Shown in pieces: positions 36,495 through 46,178 of a stretch of DNA of 64,000 nt. The stretch comes from an uncultured delta proteobacterium (GTDB lineage Bacteria; Desulfobacterota; Binatia; Binatales; Binataceae), in the NCBI GenBank assembly GCA_963794325.1, contig CAWCDG010000007.1, forward strand, positions 224,001-288,000, read 5' to 3'. The notes under the pieces are model-generated. The model saw only the letters and a program-made list of their open reading frames with translations. It was not told the DNA's origin and ran no database searches. The position numbers and the translations under genes were made by a program. Each line of letters begins with the position of its first letter. Position 1 is the first letter of the stretch.

Positions 36495-37802
36495 ATGAAA
36501 CGCATGCTCTCAATCGCAATCGCTGCAATCGGGCTGCTCTGTTCCGTCACGATCGCGAGTGCCGCCTCGGTCAAGCCCGGCGACGTTATCGGCAAGGAGA
36601 ATGCGGGCCTGGTTGCCGACCTCCTCAGTCCCGGCAACTACGCGCTCGCGCGCCAGGGGATGGAGATGAAAATCGTCCCGACCCGGGACTACGATTGGCC
36701 GCCGCCGTTCAAAAGCTCGACCGAGCAATACTCATCGCAGGTTCGGCTCGGTCCGAACGGCGAGTTGCAGCATTACAAAGCCGGGTTGCCGTTTCTCGCG
36801 ATCGATCCCAACGACCCGACCGTCGCGCAGAAAATTATGTGGAACTTCCAGTTCGGGCCGTCCTTAACCGACGACCTCGACTCGAAGGACGATGCGATCG
36901 CTTCCTACGCGCCCGGAAACTCAACGCCGTGGTCCTTCTATCCGGTCGGGCAACTCGCCGTGTATCGCAATATCGGGCGCGCCGAAGTCGCTCCAATCAC
37001 GGAGGACAACGACTGGTATTCAGGAATCATGCAGCGGCTGGCGCTCGGGCCAATTATCGTTCCGATCGAACCGCCGTTCTGGCAAACGCCGTGGGACTAT
37101 ATGGTCCGCTACCGCTACGCGGATCCGAAGCGCGGCGATCTGGTGTGGTCGGGGCAGTCGACCTGGGGTTTCTCGGATTACGAACATCCGGGGATGGGGC
37201 CGACGGACTACCTGGTAGGAACCTCGTTCTTCGGCAACCTCGACATGGACTCGCTGTTCGGTTTCTCGGGACGATTCGCCGACTATGACTTCAAGTATCT
37301 CGGCGAGAAGCAGATGCTTGCAGTCGTCCACGCGTCGAGCCTCCCCGCGCGGTCATGTGCAACCGACAATGGCCGCACGATTTGCCCCGAGAACTGGGAG
37401 CTGCGCCACGTCTATGTTATCGAGGCGGACGCGCGCAGACAGGGCATGCTCGGTGACGTTCCTCCGATCGCAAAACGGATTCTGTACATCGATTCTCAAG
37501 GATGGTTCATCACTGCCTCTGATCAGTTTGATCACGCAGGGAACCTGTGGAAGACGCTGGCGATTTTCAACACGGTGCGCGATCGCGAATATCCGAATTC
37601 GAAAGCCGCCGTCTACAACTTCCCCCGCCTGTTCCAGACCGCGATGGTCGATGAAGACGTGCAGAGCGGCTATTCGACGATTTTCTTCACGCCCACACCC
37701 GACCGCGAGCCGCACGATACGTGGTTCATCAACCAGGGCGTGGTCTCGTCCCGCTGGATAGTGCCGAACCGCTACACCACCTATCGGCAATACTTTTATT
37801 AA
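36495..37802 (+). CDS. DUF1329-family exported protein
   Basis: signal peptide, PGDVI..EN, GLPF..IDP.DP, KIMWN, WELR.VYVIEA, KRILYID, D..G.LWK. Confidence 0.8.
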   Translation: MKRMLSIAIAAIGLLCSVTIASAASVKPGDVIGKENAGLVADLLSPGNYALARQGMEMKIVPTRDYDWPPPFKSSTEQYSSQVRLGPNGELQHYKAGLPFLAIDPNDPTVAQKIMWNFQFGPSLTDDLDSKDDAIASYAPGNSTPWSFYPVGQLAVYRNIGRAEVAPITEDNDWYSGIMQRLALGPIIVPIEPPFWQTPWDYMVRYRYADPKRGDLVWSGQSTWGFSDYEHPGMGPTDYLVGTSFFGNLDMDSLFGFSGRFADYDFKYLGEKQMLAVVHASSLPARSCATDNGRTICPENWELRHVYVIEADARRQGMLGDVPPIAKRILYIDSQGWFITASDQFDHAGNLWKTLAIFNTVRDREYPNSKAAVYNFPRLFQTAMVDEDVQSGYSTIFFTPTPDREPHDTWFINQGVVSSRWIVPNRYTTYRQYFY

Positions 37803-37868
37803 GAGCGTGAGATTTGTGGGGCGCGATGGCTATCGCCCGCGAACCGTTTAGACTTAAATAGACGGGCA

Positions 37869-38294
37869 ATGAAGCCAAAAATAATTGGATCAATTCTCGC
37901 GATAGGCGTCGCGCTTGCCGTCGTGCAGCCGGCCCTAGCGGCGGACAATGACGTGGCTGACGGCCACAAGTATTTCGTCCGCTACTGTGCATCGTGTCAT
38001 GGGACGGACGGGCTTGGAGATGGGCCAGTGGCGAAGAGCCTCGTCACGCCGCCGGCGAATCTGCGCAAGCTCGGCGACAAATACGGCATGCCGCTGCCCG
38101 CGCATAAGATTGCCGAGTTCATCGACGGTCGCGATACAGCCAGGGCGCACGGGAGTCACGAGATGCCCGTGTGGGGCGAGAAGCTTTACGAGATGGGTGC
38201 GGGTGAGCGCGGCGAGTACGGAATCGGCGAGGTGATCGGCAAAATAATCGCGTACCTCAATACGATTCAGGATCGACGGACCGCGATGAGATAG
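37869..38294 (+). CDS. periplasmic monoheme cytochrome c
   Basis: signal peptide, CASCHG..G.GDGP, HG..EMPVWG. Confidence 0.9.
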   Translation: MKPKIIGSILAIGVALAVVQPALAADNDVADGHKYFVRYCASCHGTDGLGDGPVAKSLVTPPANLRKLGDKYGMPLPAHKIAEFIDGRDTARAHGSHEMPVWGEKLYEMGAGERGEYGIGEVIGKIIAYLNTIQDRRTAMR

Positions 38295-38299
38295 GCCAG

Positions 38300-38932
38300 T
38301 TACGTTCCGCGACGCATCCAGACGACTCGGCCTTCAGTTGCGATATCGATGTCGACCTGCTTCGCGACTTTGAGGAAGAACAAGCTCGGATCCTTCATTC
38401 CCCAATCGACGTACGGCACTGAAAAGTGACACGCGGCGGTCAGCGTGTTTCCGACCAGCTGACCATGAACATCAGTGACGATTTCGTGCCTCGCACCGTG
38501 AATTGTCAGGACTCCGTCGAGCTTTGCTTGAAACTGGCCTCCCGTCCTCAGTTCTAGAGTAAAGTGCTGAGGGTCGAAAGTTATCTCTGGATACCTTTGA
38601 GCCTCGAGAACATTCTCTCGCATGTCTCTGTCACGCTTGCCGATGCCCGTGACGCCGCTCCTGGCGTCGACGACGATGGAACCGCCAGCTTTGCCAGTAG
38701 CGGGGTCCGCGATGATGGTTCCTCGTTCAAGTTTGAAAGTTCCATGTGTCGTATGTAGCGAACCTGGCAAGCGGAACTCGACGAGCGTTTTCGATGGATC
38801 AAGTTCCAAAGATCCTGAGCGTAAATCCAGCGCCGCCCCGTTTTGGGCGGAGGCGGCCAGGGCGCTTACGAACGCCACGACAAGAACGCTAAATCTTCTC
38901 AATGCGCAGCCATCGCGGGCTGCGAGGCCCAC
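38300..38932 (-). CDS. YceI-family lipid/polyisoprenoid-binding protein
   Basis: HTTHGTF, TG..KRD..M...LEA..YPEITF, G.LTIHG. Confidence 0.85.
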   Translation of the reverse strand: MGLAARDGCALRRFSVLVVAFVSALAASAQNGAALDLRSGSLELDPSKTLVEFRLPGSLHTTHGTFKLERGTIIADPATGKAGGSIVVDARSGVTGIGKRDRDMRENVLEAQRYPEITFDPQHFTLELRTGGQFQAKLDGVLTIHGARHEIVTDVHGQLVGNTLTAACHFSVPYVDWGMKDPSLFFLKVAKQVDIDIATEGRVVWMRRGT

Positions 38933-39345
38933 TTGATGAGCAACATTTTTTCATCGTCGGTGAGGCGCGCGGAGTGATCGAGCGCCGTGTAGTCTCCGGG
39001 CGGCATAGAACCACCGCTAACGGAGGCTCCTATGCTCTTCAATGCTCCTGATTTCTTTTGCGCGTCGTAGGTTTGCCAATCGGAAAAATTCAGCACTCCG
39101 CGCGCTGAGTTAGCTGCAAGGTATGTCGGAGAAACGGCCGCGTACCAGGGTGCCTTACCTCCGGTCGAATGGCACTGGTAACACGACTTCTCAAGGATCG
39201 TGTTCACCTGCGAGTCGGTACTAACTGTATTGGTAGAACTCGGAACGGTCGCTTCAGGCGTAGCCGCCTGCTGAGAGCTGGAACAACCCACAATCAGAAC
39301 AGCTAGAGATAAAAGCAATGCTATCGGTAGGGGAAGCTTAAGCAT
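38899..39345 (-). CDS. heme-binding (Haem_bd) cytochrome c lipoprotein
   Basis: LIVGC lipobox, ILEKSCYQCHS, PWY, LNFS.W, MPP..Y; SD AAGGAG before ATG 39345. Confidence 0.82.
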   Translation of the reverse strand: MLKLPLPIALLLSLAVLIVGCSSSQQAATPEATVPSSTNTVSTDSQVNTILEKSCYQCHSTGGKAPWYAAVSPTYLAANSARGVLNFSDWQTYDAQKKSGALKSIGASVSGGSMPPGDYTALDHSARLTDDEKMLLIKWASQPAMAAH

Positions 39346-39356
39346 CGTCACTCCTT

Positions 39357-40523
39357 CTAGTCGTCGAGGCTTACGAAGCGGATAAGTCCTGCGCATAGGA
39401 AGATCATTCCTATACCTAAGGTTGCCGCCAAGGGCAGCAACGCAGCGGACGGCGGTTGGTTGCGAATCATCAAATCGTTGAACGCCTGCATGGTCCAGGT
39501 CGTCGGTAGCCATCGAGCGAGTTCGCGCATCCATCCGGGCTCGAAGTCCAGCGGCCACCAGCATCCGCCGATCGCCGCCATCGAAATGCTGATGGTCACG
39601 CCCAATGACGGCACCGAGTCGTGCGCGGTTGCAACAGAGGCGACCACCAGTGCTAGCGCTGCAGCCGCGAAAGAGATCCCGACCGTCGGTATGATCAAGG
39701 CTAGAGGATTGCGCCCAAGCGAGATTCCGAACAGCGCCCATCCGACCGCGAATAGCACGATCATTTGCGCGATCCCGACGATGAACCGCGCGAATAATTT
39801 CCCCAGTAGCAGACCTGTAAGCGGCGCACCACTGACCTGGAGGCGCTTCAGGGTCCCCCAATCGCGCTCATCGAAGAGCGTCAGCGCGATTCCCAGCATC
39901 ATACCTATAAGGAGAAACGTGATGCCGAATCCGGGGACGTACTGATCGAAGGCGTTCACAGTCACGGCTTCGCCCTCGATCGCAGGTTTCTCGACGAATC
40001 CGATATCTCCCGGGAGCACGATCGCCTGAGCCTCTCCGAAGGACTCGATTTGCGATTGGGCCGCCGTCCTCGCTTGTTCGGTGATCCTTCGGCATAACTC
40101 GTCGATACGAAGCTCGAGAGCGTTGATCTCGACTCGCCTGACGGGATCGACGAATAGAATCAGCCGAGGCTGGCCGCCTGCGGCGACCTGGCTGCTGGTT
40201 CCCGCAGGAATTAACATCGCTATAGGAGTCCGATCGCGTCGGCTTACAACGCGTCGCGCTTCGTCGGGGTCGTCGAGCACCTCCAAAGCGACGCCGTGCT
40301 CCCTGCGCAAAGCCTCAATTATTCCCTGGGCTACTTTTCCGTGATCGAGGTCGACCAGGGGTAGCCGAAAAGAATTCGCCGAGCCACCGTACAGACCGCC
40401 GAGCGAGTATCCCGCGACGGTGATAATTACGATCGGCGCGAACAACAGCATGAACACGACGATCGGATCCTTGACCAGGAGCCGCGCCTCGTTTTGCGTG
40501 GTTAGCCAGATTGCTCGAAGCAT
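39357..40523 (-). CDS. ABC-2 type permease
   Basis: N-terminal TM, periplasmic domain, DERDWGTLKRL, GGCWWP, LPTTW. Confidence 0.88.
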   Translation of the reverse strand: MLRAIWLTTQNEARLLVKDPIVVFMLLFAPIVIITVAGYSLGGLYGGSANSFRLPLVDLDHGKVAQGIIEALRREHGVALEVLDDPDEARRVVSRRDRTPIAMLIPAGTSSQVAAGGQPRLILFVDPVRRVEINALELRIDELCRRITEQARTAAQSQIESFGEAQAIVLPGDIGFVEKPAIEGEAVTVNAFDQYVPGFGITFLLIGMMLGIALTLFDERDWGTLKRLQVSGAPLTGLLLGKLFARFIVGIAQMIVLFAVGWALFGISLGRNPLALIIPTVGISFAAAALALVVASVATAHDSVPSLGVTISISMAAIGGCWWPLDFEPGWMRELARWLPTTWTMQAFNDLMIRNQPPSAALLPLAATLGIGMIFLCAGLIRFVSLDD

Positions 40524-40533
40524 GGCGATACGC

Positions 40534-41490
40534 TCAGAGGACCTGGTCGCGCAGCGTGCGGCCCGTCAGCGCGATGAATGCGTCCGACAGATTCGGGCTG
40601 TGCAGGTTGAAATCGACGACGTTCACATCCAGGGTCCGAAGTCCGTGCAGCACCTCCGCGATCTGCGCGAAACTGTTCATCTCGAGGATCGCCTTGCCCT
40701 CGCCGACGGTGGTTCCTATTTCACGCACCCCGGCAAGGCTGCCGAAGCGGCCGTCCGGCAATTGCCCGCGATAGGTCAGCTCGATGCGAGGCCGGCTGCC
40801 CCCGAGCGAGATCACCTTTTCGAGGTCGCCCTCGGCGATCAGTTTGCCGCGATCGATCAGCAGCACGCGATCGCAAATGCGCTCCGCCTCTTCCATGTAA
40901 TGGGTGCTGTAAATTACGCCCGCGCCCGCATCGGCATAGTGCCGAATCCGCGCCAGTAACTGTTCGCGCGACTGAAGATCGACGCCAACCGTAGGTTCGT
41001 CCAACAACAGCACGGGCGGACGATGGACAATACCACAGGCCAGGTTCAGCAGCCGTTTCATCCCACCGGAAAATGAATGCATAGGATCGCCGGCGCGATC
41101 GCCGAGACCGACCTCCTCGAGCGCGCGCTTGCAATGCTCTATTGCGTCGTTGTGAGAGAGTCCCTGCATGCGCGCGAAATGCCATACGTTCTGCGCCGCG
41201 CTAAGGGTGGGATACAGCGCGAGCGATTGCGGCACCAGCCCAAGCATCCGTCCCAGTCCGGTCGGGTCGCTCTTTCGCGGCTTACCATTGATAAGAACAT
41301 GACCGCTATCGGGTTTAAGTAGAGTAGCCAGAATCGACAGCGTCGTGGTCTTGCCCGCGCCGTTGGGTCCGAGCAAGGCGGCAATTTCACCTGGCCTTAC
41401 TGCGAGGCTGACATTGTCAAGCGCAAGCCGCGCGCCGTAACTCTTCGAAATCCCGATCGCCTCGATAAGTGGTGCCTTTTCGGGACTCAT
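40534..41490 (-). CDS. ABC transporter ATP-binding protein
   Basis: GPNGAGKTT, FSGGMKR, LLDEPTVGVD, STHYMEE. Confidence 0.93.
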   Translation of the reverse strand: MSPEKAPLIEAIGISKSYGARLALDNVSLAVRPGEIAALLGPNGAGKTTTLSILATLLKPDSGHVLINGKPRKSDPTGLGRMLGLVPQSLALYPTLSAAQNVWHFARMQGLSHNDAIEHCKRALEEVGLGDRAGDPMHSFSGGMKRLLNLACGIVHRPPVLLLDEPTVGVDLQSREQLLARIRHYADAGAGVIYSTHYMEEAERICDRVLLIDRGKLIAEGDLEKVISLGGSRPRIELTYRGQLPDGRFGSLAGVREIGTTVGEGKAILEMNSFAQIAEVLHGLRTLDVNVVDFNLHSPNLSDAFIALTGRTLRDQVL

Positions 41491-41521
41491 TGAAACAGAG
41501 TTGTTTTGGCGTCGCTCGATT

Positions 41522-42652
41522 TCAGTTGGCGAACGCCGGTGGAGCAACAGCGGCGGGCTGGCTGACACGCGTGAGCATGGCCGTTACGCGCATCGCGCCG
41601 GGCCAGACCCTGAGGCAGAACGGCAGCACAGCGCGCGCGAGTGGGTTGTTCAAGCCGTGGTCGGCGGCCCCGGCAAAACGCATCTGGAGCCGCATTGCGG
41701 AGCGCAGTTTTGGCTGAAAGACCTGCGCCGGCTCCGCTGCAAGATACGCAGCGGCGGCACGGCGGGCAGTATTCAGCGCGATGGATATGCCGTCACCGGT
41801 GAACGAGGGGATGACGGCTGCCTGATCGCCAATGCAGTAGAGCCCATCGTCCGTTGTGCGACGGATGAAACCGTAAGGGATATGAGTGACGACGATCGGT
41901 TTGTCGAGCAGCGGCTGCGCACCGTCAAGCCGCATTGCGAGGTGGGGACAATCCTGCTGCATCTTCGCAAGGAGGCCCTCCCAGCGAAGACCCGCACTCG
42001 CAAAATACCACCGTTTCACCACCAGGCAGAAATTCGCAATGCCGTCTTCCACCGGTTGAATACCACCGTAGCCTCCGGAATAGAGCATCAACTCGGAGCC
42101 GTCCGCCAGGTCAGCGGTCTGGGCGGCAGACAACCGATAATACATCTTAAAGGCGATCCATTGGTGAGGGTCCTTCGGGCGACGGTGGCCGCGCAGATCG
42201 TGCTTGCCCGTGGCGAGAAAGGCGGTTGGAGCTTCGTAGGTGGTGCCGTCGTCGAGCGTAGCCTGCCAGAGCTTGGCGGTCGCGCGGCTGAGCGACTGCA
42301 CACTGCGACCGCGCTCGACGCGGACTCCATTGGTGACAGCCTCGGCAATGAGCGCGGTATCGAGCGCCTTGCGCGTGAGCGAGGCTGCGCGAAAAGGTAG
42401 CGGAGCCTCCGCGGCGCGTCTGGCTGCGGCAAGCCGAACGTAATCGATGGGCACCGCGCCAAGAGAGGCCACGTCGATGCCGAGAGCATGCAGGTCTTCA
42501 AGGGCCTCACCGCTTAGGAATTCTCCGCAGACCTTATGGCGCGGCGCGGGTTCGCGTTCGATCAACGTGACGCTTCGTCCCTTTCGGGCGAGCGCGATGG
42601 CAGCGGCACAACCTGCCACTCCACCACCGAGGACGAGAACTTCATCTTGCAA
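41522..42652 (-). CDS. FAD-dependent monooxygenase/oxidoreductase of the type usually linked to type III PKS
   Basis: GGGVAG, HKVCGEFLS, LATGKHD, GDQAAVIPSFTGDG. Confidence 0.85.
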   Translation of the reverse strand: MQDEVLVLGGGVAGCAAAIALARKGRSVTLIEREPAPRHKVCGEFLSGEALEDLHALGIDVASLGAVPIDYVRLAAARRAAEAPLPFRAASLTRKALDTALIAEAVTNGVRVERGRSVQSLSRATAKLWQATLDDGTTYEAPTAFLATGKHDLRGHRRPKDPHQWIAFKMYYRLSAAQTADLADGSELMLYSGGYGGIQPVEDGIANFCLVVKRWYFASAGLRWEGLLAKMQQDCPHLAMRLDGAQPLLDKPIVVTHIPYGFIRRTTDDGLYCIGDQAAVIPSFTGDGISIALNTARRAAAAYLAAEPAQVFQPKLRSAMRLQMRFAGAADHGLNNPLARAVLPFCLRVWPGAMRVTAMLTRVSQPAAVAPPAFAN

Positions 42653-42677
42653 AGGATTGCTCCTGATTCACGTATTT

Positions 42678-43412
42678 CTAACTGTGGTGAAGATCGTTGG
42701 ACAGCTGGGTGGTTACGGGCCTGTAGTCAGATCGGATCTGGAGGGAGCCAGCTTCGGGAGATACGTCCGCTACCGTCAGACTGCGGCGCGTGGTGAGTTC
42801 CTTCCAGTTGAGCCCGAGGTCGACCAGAACGATAGAGGCCAGGGTGAAGGCGATGACGCCAACCGCCGACAGTACGTCGCCAAGATGGCTCCAGTAGGCG
42901 GGCACAAGGTTGAGTACACGGGTGGAGACAAAGGTAAAGGTGACCGCATAGGAGCGGGCCATCCACTGGCGGTGAACGGCGATCTGTCCGTTACGCGCGG
43001 CGATCACGGCAGCGGAAGTGCAGACGATCCATGCAGCGCCTTGCATGGCGGTCCCAGGCAGCCCGGGACGTCCGGTGGCAAGGGCGATCCCGGTAAAGGC
43101 GCCGAAGATGACGGCGATGAAGTACATGCGGCCTATGACGCGATGGAACTTCAGGTAACGCTGCCGAATGCGCGACGAGAACTGCAGTGGGCCGGCCAGC
43201 AGAGCGAAGGTTCCGCAGAGCGTGTGCGGGATGAGGAGTCCGCGGTCGGCTATGACCTGCAGGCGGTAGGCATGGTACATGGGGTAATCGGTGAAGAGAA
43301 GGACCTCTGACGTGATGAAGACAAAGAGCGCCGTGACACCAAGAGAGATCCAGAGAACGGTTTTGAATCTGGGGCGGCCGGCACTGAGTGTAGGCAGGGT
43401 GAAAGATGCCAT
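42678..43412 (-). CDS. DUF2306-family membrane protein
   Basis: H...G..AL..G.LQF, HR.IGR.Y, HRQWM.RSY. Confidence 0.8.
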   Translation of the reverse strand: MASFTLPTLSAGRPRFKTVLWISLGVTALFVFITSEVLLFTDYPMYHAYRLQVIADRGLLIPHTLCGTFALLAGPLQFSSRIRQRYLKFHRVIGRMYFIAVIFGAFTGIALATGRPGLPGTAMQGAAWIVCTSAAVIAARNGQIAVHRQWMARSYAVTFTFVSTRVLNLVPAYWSHLGDVLSAVGVIAFTLASIVLVDLGLNWKELTTRRSLTVADVSPEAGSLQIRSDYRPVTTQLSNDLHHS

Positions 43413-43518
43413 TATTCGCCGCTCAGATGGCTAGACGTGATAAGGTCCGCCACGAGGGCGGCGTGGGCGAGATGCTTCACAGCTCTTAGTCCAACGAGAC
43501 GCCTCAGAATCACCGACC

Positions 43519-44337
43519 TCACTTCCACCGCCCCACGCACAACCGTCCCGGCCGCCAACGTTCTACCGTCGCCAGCTCCCGCGGAACATCAGCCGCAGCC
43601 AACAGGCGTACCCAATCCTCTTTGCGGAAGGCTCGCCGGAACGACACCGGCCCATCATGCCTCACAATCGGGTGCCACCGCACCATCCCAAACATCCGAT
43701 AACTCCACTCCGCCCGTTCCAAATCGTTGATAAACCAACCCAGCTGCACGGTCGCTTCCATCCGGCGCAGCAGCGCGACGATCTCTTCGTCCTCCAGATG
43801 ATGTGCCAGCAGCGAACTAACAACGATATCCATCGGCTTCTCCGGCCGATACAGCCTGGCATCGCCGGTCACCCATTTAATTCCGAGATCCTTCGGCGTG
43901 GACTCCGCTGCCGCGCGCGCCGCATAAGGATTCAAGTCGATTCCGGTTAGCTGCACAGCGATGCCCCGTTTCCGTGCCCAGCCTGCAATCTGCCGCAGTA
44001 GATCTCCACCGCCGCAGCCCACGTCGACGATGTGAATCGGCTCACGCAAGCCGCGCGGTAGCCGCTCCAGCCACGTCAGCGTCGGCCGATAGCCTAGCAG
44101 CCAGCGATTGATTTTTTCCAGACTGCGCAGGCAGTCACGGAAATCTTCATAACTACAGTCACCATCCATAAGCTCCGGGAACTCACGCGGAGAAACCCGC
44201 CGACTGAGATCAATCTTGCCGCTCCGCTCATTCCAAAGCGGTGTCGAGAGAACTTCCTGCGGATAATAGTTGTTGGGAAGCGCGCGATCGATCGATCGCA
44301 ACACCGGGTGGTTGATACCCGAAGACTGATGCCTCAA
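43519..44337 (-). CDS. SAM-dependent methyltransferase with a type III PKS-like N-terminal stub
   Basis: ELMD, IN..L.GY, DVGCGGGD, GIDLNP, SL..HHL, INDL.R, HDG..S; GAGGAGG SD before TTG 44337. Confidence 0.85.
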   Translation of the reverse strand: MRHQSSGINHPVLRSIDRALPNNYYPQEVLSTPLWNERSGKIDLSRRVSPREFPELMDGDCSYEDFRDCLRSLEKINRWLLGYRPTLTWLERLPRGLREPIHIVDVGCGGGDLLRQIAGWARKRGIAVQLTGIDLNPYAARAAAESTPKDLGIKWVTGDARLYRPEKPMDIVVSSLLAHHLEDEEIVALLRRMEATVQLGWFINDLERAEWSYRMFGMVRWHPIVRHDGPVSFRRAFRKEDWVRLLAAADVPRELATVERWRPGRLCVGRWK

Positions 44338-44453
44338 CGTGTCCTCCTCATTAACTGGGGGATTCGTAATGAATCGCTTTTTTGTCAGTCCGCGCGTAGA
44401 GGCGTTGTTCTTGATGCTAACTATTGGTCGGCGACGACTGATGCGAGAATGCT

Positions 44454-44469
44454 AGCAAAGCCCCTGCCA
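44454..44469 (-). promoter_or_regulatory. sigma54 promoter of the methyltransferase-ABC-YceI operon
   Basis: minus strand TGGCAGGGGCTTTGCT (GG-N10-GC). Confidence 0.75.
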
Positions 44470-44540
44470 TCGTTTTAGGTTAGTATAGACAGGAATTTGC
44501 GAAGCTACCCATCCATCCTCTTTTGGAGACGATATTGTTT

Positions 44541-44587
44541 GTTCCAAAATTCGAACGTGACTCAAAGCAGCGTACAAACTTTTGAAC
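44541..44587. promoter_or_regulatory. tandem palindromic candidate enhancer (UAS) sites
   Basis: GTTC-caaaattc-GAAC (44541) and GTAC-aaactttt-GAAC (44572), 31 bp apart, between divergent sigma54 motifs. Confidence 0.55.
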
Positions 44588-44648
44588 TAGATGAACACCA
44601 AGTGTGACTAACTTTCCGCTTTTATTAACAAAAATTAATCTACGGTCG

Positions 44649-44664
44649 CGGCATCGCCTTTGCT
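44649..44664 (+). promoter_or_regulatory. sigma54 promoter of the two-component system
   Basis: CGGCATCGCCTTTGCT (GG-N10-GC). Confidence 0.65.
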
Positions 44665-44828
44665 GTACAGGCTTTTGAAAAAGTGATTTTCAACGCCAGT
44701 TCCCTCTCTCTTGTCTCCCCCGAATGGGGGAGAGGTTATAGGAAAGAGGACAGTTTTAACGCAGGGTGTTCGAAAATGACGATTGATCCAGATTTTTCAA
44801 CACCCTGCATGGGCATGTTTTCGTTTTG

Positions 44829-46169
44829 ATGACTGAGAATAAATCAAGCAGGAATCTCTGGGCGCTTAGCACCTTCGCAGCGACGATGGGCGATGGCGCC
44901 GCCGATTTCGCCGAGGACGATAATCATTCGTTTGGCCGGCAAGAGTTCGTCTTCGCCTCGCTCAATCTTCTGCTGATCGGCGCTCTGTTAGCGTTAGACT
45001 CGATCTCAAGATATGTCCGGGGCAAACCTGCCGCCGCGGTCATCATTGTGCTCGCCGCGGGATTTCTAATTCAAGGCGCTCATCTTATCTGGCTTCGCAA
45101 GCGAAGTGCTACGAGTTCTCGCGGCAGGCGACAGTTCCTCACCTTCTGGTCCCTCGGGTTCAACACGATACTGGCTCTCGTTCTCACCCTGCTCACTATC
45201 AAGGGAGACACGGCCTACTACGCCCTGATGTTGCTCCCCGTCCTGGAAGCGTCTTTCCGACTGGACCTTCCCGGCACTCTCACCGTTATCGCGCTGGCCG
45301 ATGTTATCGCGTTCATGGGCGCCTACGGCATGAAATTCGGCGAGTACATCGAAGCTGGTGCAATCGCCGTAATTTACAGCGTGATGGGAGTGCTGGTCTG
45401 GTTGCTGGTCAACAATCTTCGCGCGAGAGAGGCGAGCTTCGTGCGCAATCTGGAGGAGCTCGAGCGCACCCGGCAGCAACTGCTCGCCGACGAGAAGCTT
45501 GCCGCAATCGGACAACTGTCCAGGGCAATCGCGCACGAGATTCGAAATCCGGTCGCGATGATCTCCAGCTCGCTGGCGACTGCCACGCGGCCGGGCCTGG
45601 ACGATTCGGAACGGGAGGAAATGTTTGCGATCGCGGCGAAGGAAGCGCAGCGGCTCGAGCGGCTGACCACCGATTTTCTGGTTTACGCGCGGCCGCGTCC
45701 GGTGCAGGCGGCTGCGGTCAACGTCGCCGACACGCTGAACTATGTCGCCACCGTCGCCCGCGCACATGCGGCCAACGAAGGCGTCGCGATCGACGTCGAG
45801 GCCGACAGCAAGCTCGAAGGGGAATTCGATGCGAACCAGATGCATCAGGCGCTGTTGAACCTGGTGCTCAACGCGATCGACGCATGCCATCGCGGCGATC
45901 AGGTGAAACTCGATGCCAGGACCAACGGCAACGGCTCGATCAGAATCGACGTGGTCGATCCGGCGGGACCGATACCGCCGGAGATTGTGCCGAACATTTT
46001 CGAGCCGCTGTTTACCACCAAGCAGGGCGGCAACGGACTCGGTCTGTCGATCGCGCGCAACATCGCACGCGCGCACGGCAGCGATATCCTTTTAAGAATC
46101 AACGAACCTCGGCGGGTATGCTTTTCAATCGACATACCGGCGCACGGCGCGAACCAATCGCACGGTTAG
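44829..46169 (+). CDS. membrane sensor histidine kinase
   Basis: multi-TM N-terminus, AHEIRNP, NLVLNAIDA, IFEPLFTTK..G.GLGL. Confidence 0.92.
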   Translation: MTENKSSRNLWALSTFAATMGDGAADFAEDDNHSFGRQEFVFASLNLLLIGALLALDSISRYVRGKPAAAVIIVLAAGFLIQGAHLIWLRKRSATSSRGRRQFLTFWSLGFNTILALVLTLLTIKGDTAYYALMLLPVLEASFRLDLPGTLTVIALADVIAFMGAYGMKFGEYIEAGAIAVIYSVMGVLVWLLVNNLRAREASFVRNLEELERTRQQLLADEKLAAIGQLSRAIAHEIRNPVAMISSSLATATRPGLDDSEREEMFAIAAKEAQRLERLTTDFLVYARPRPVQAAAVNVADTLNYVATVARAHAANEGVAIDVEADSKLEGEFDANQMHQALLNLVLNAIDACHRGDQVKLDARTNGNGSIRIDVVDPAGPIPPEIVPNIFEPLFTTKQGGNGLGLSIARNIARAHGSDILLRINEPRRVCFSIDIPAHGANQSHG

Positions 46170-46178
46170 GGGACAAGC

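Noticed and set aside
44783-44796. FNR box
   Set aside because: TTGAT-ccag-ATTTT matches only one half-site
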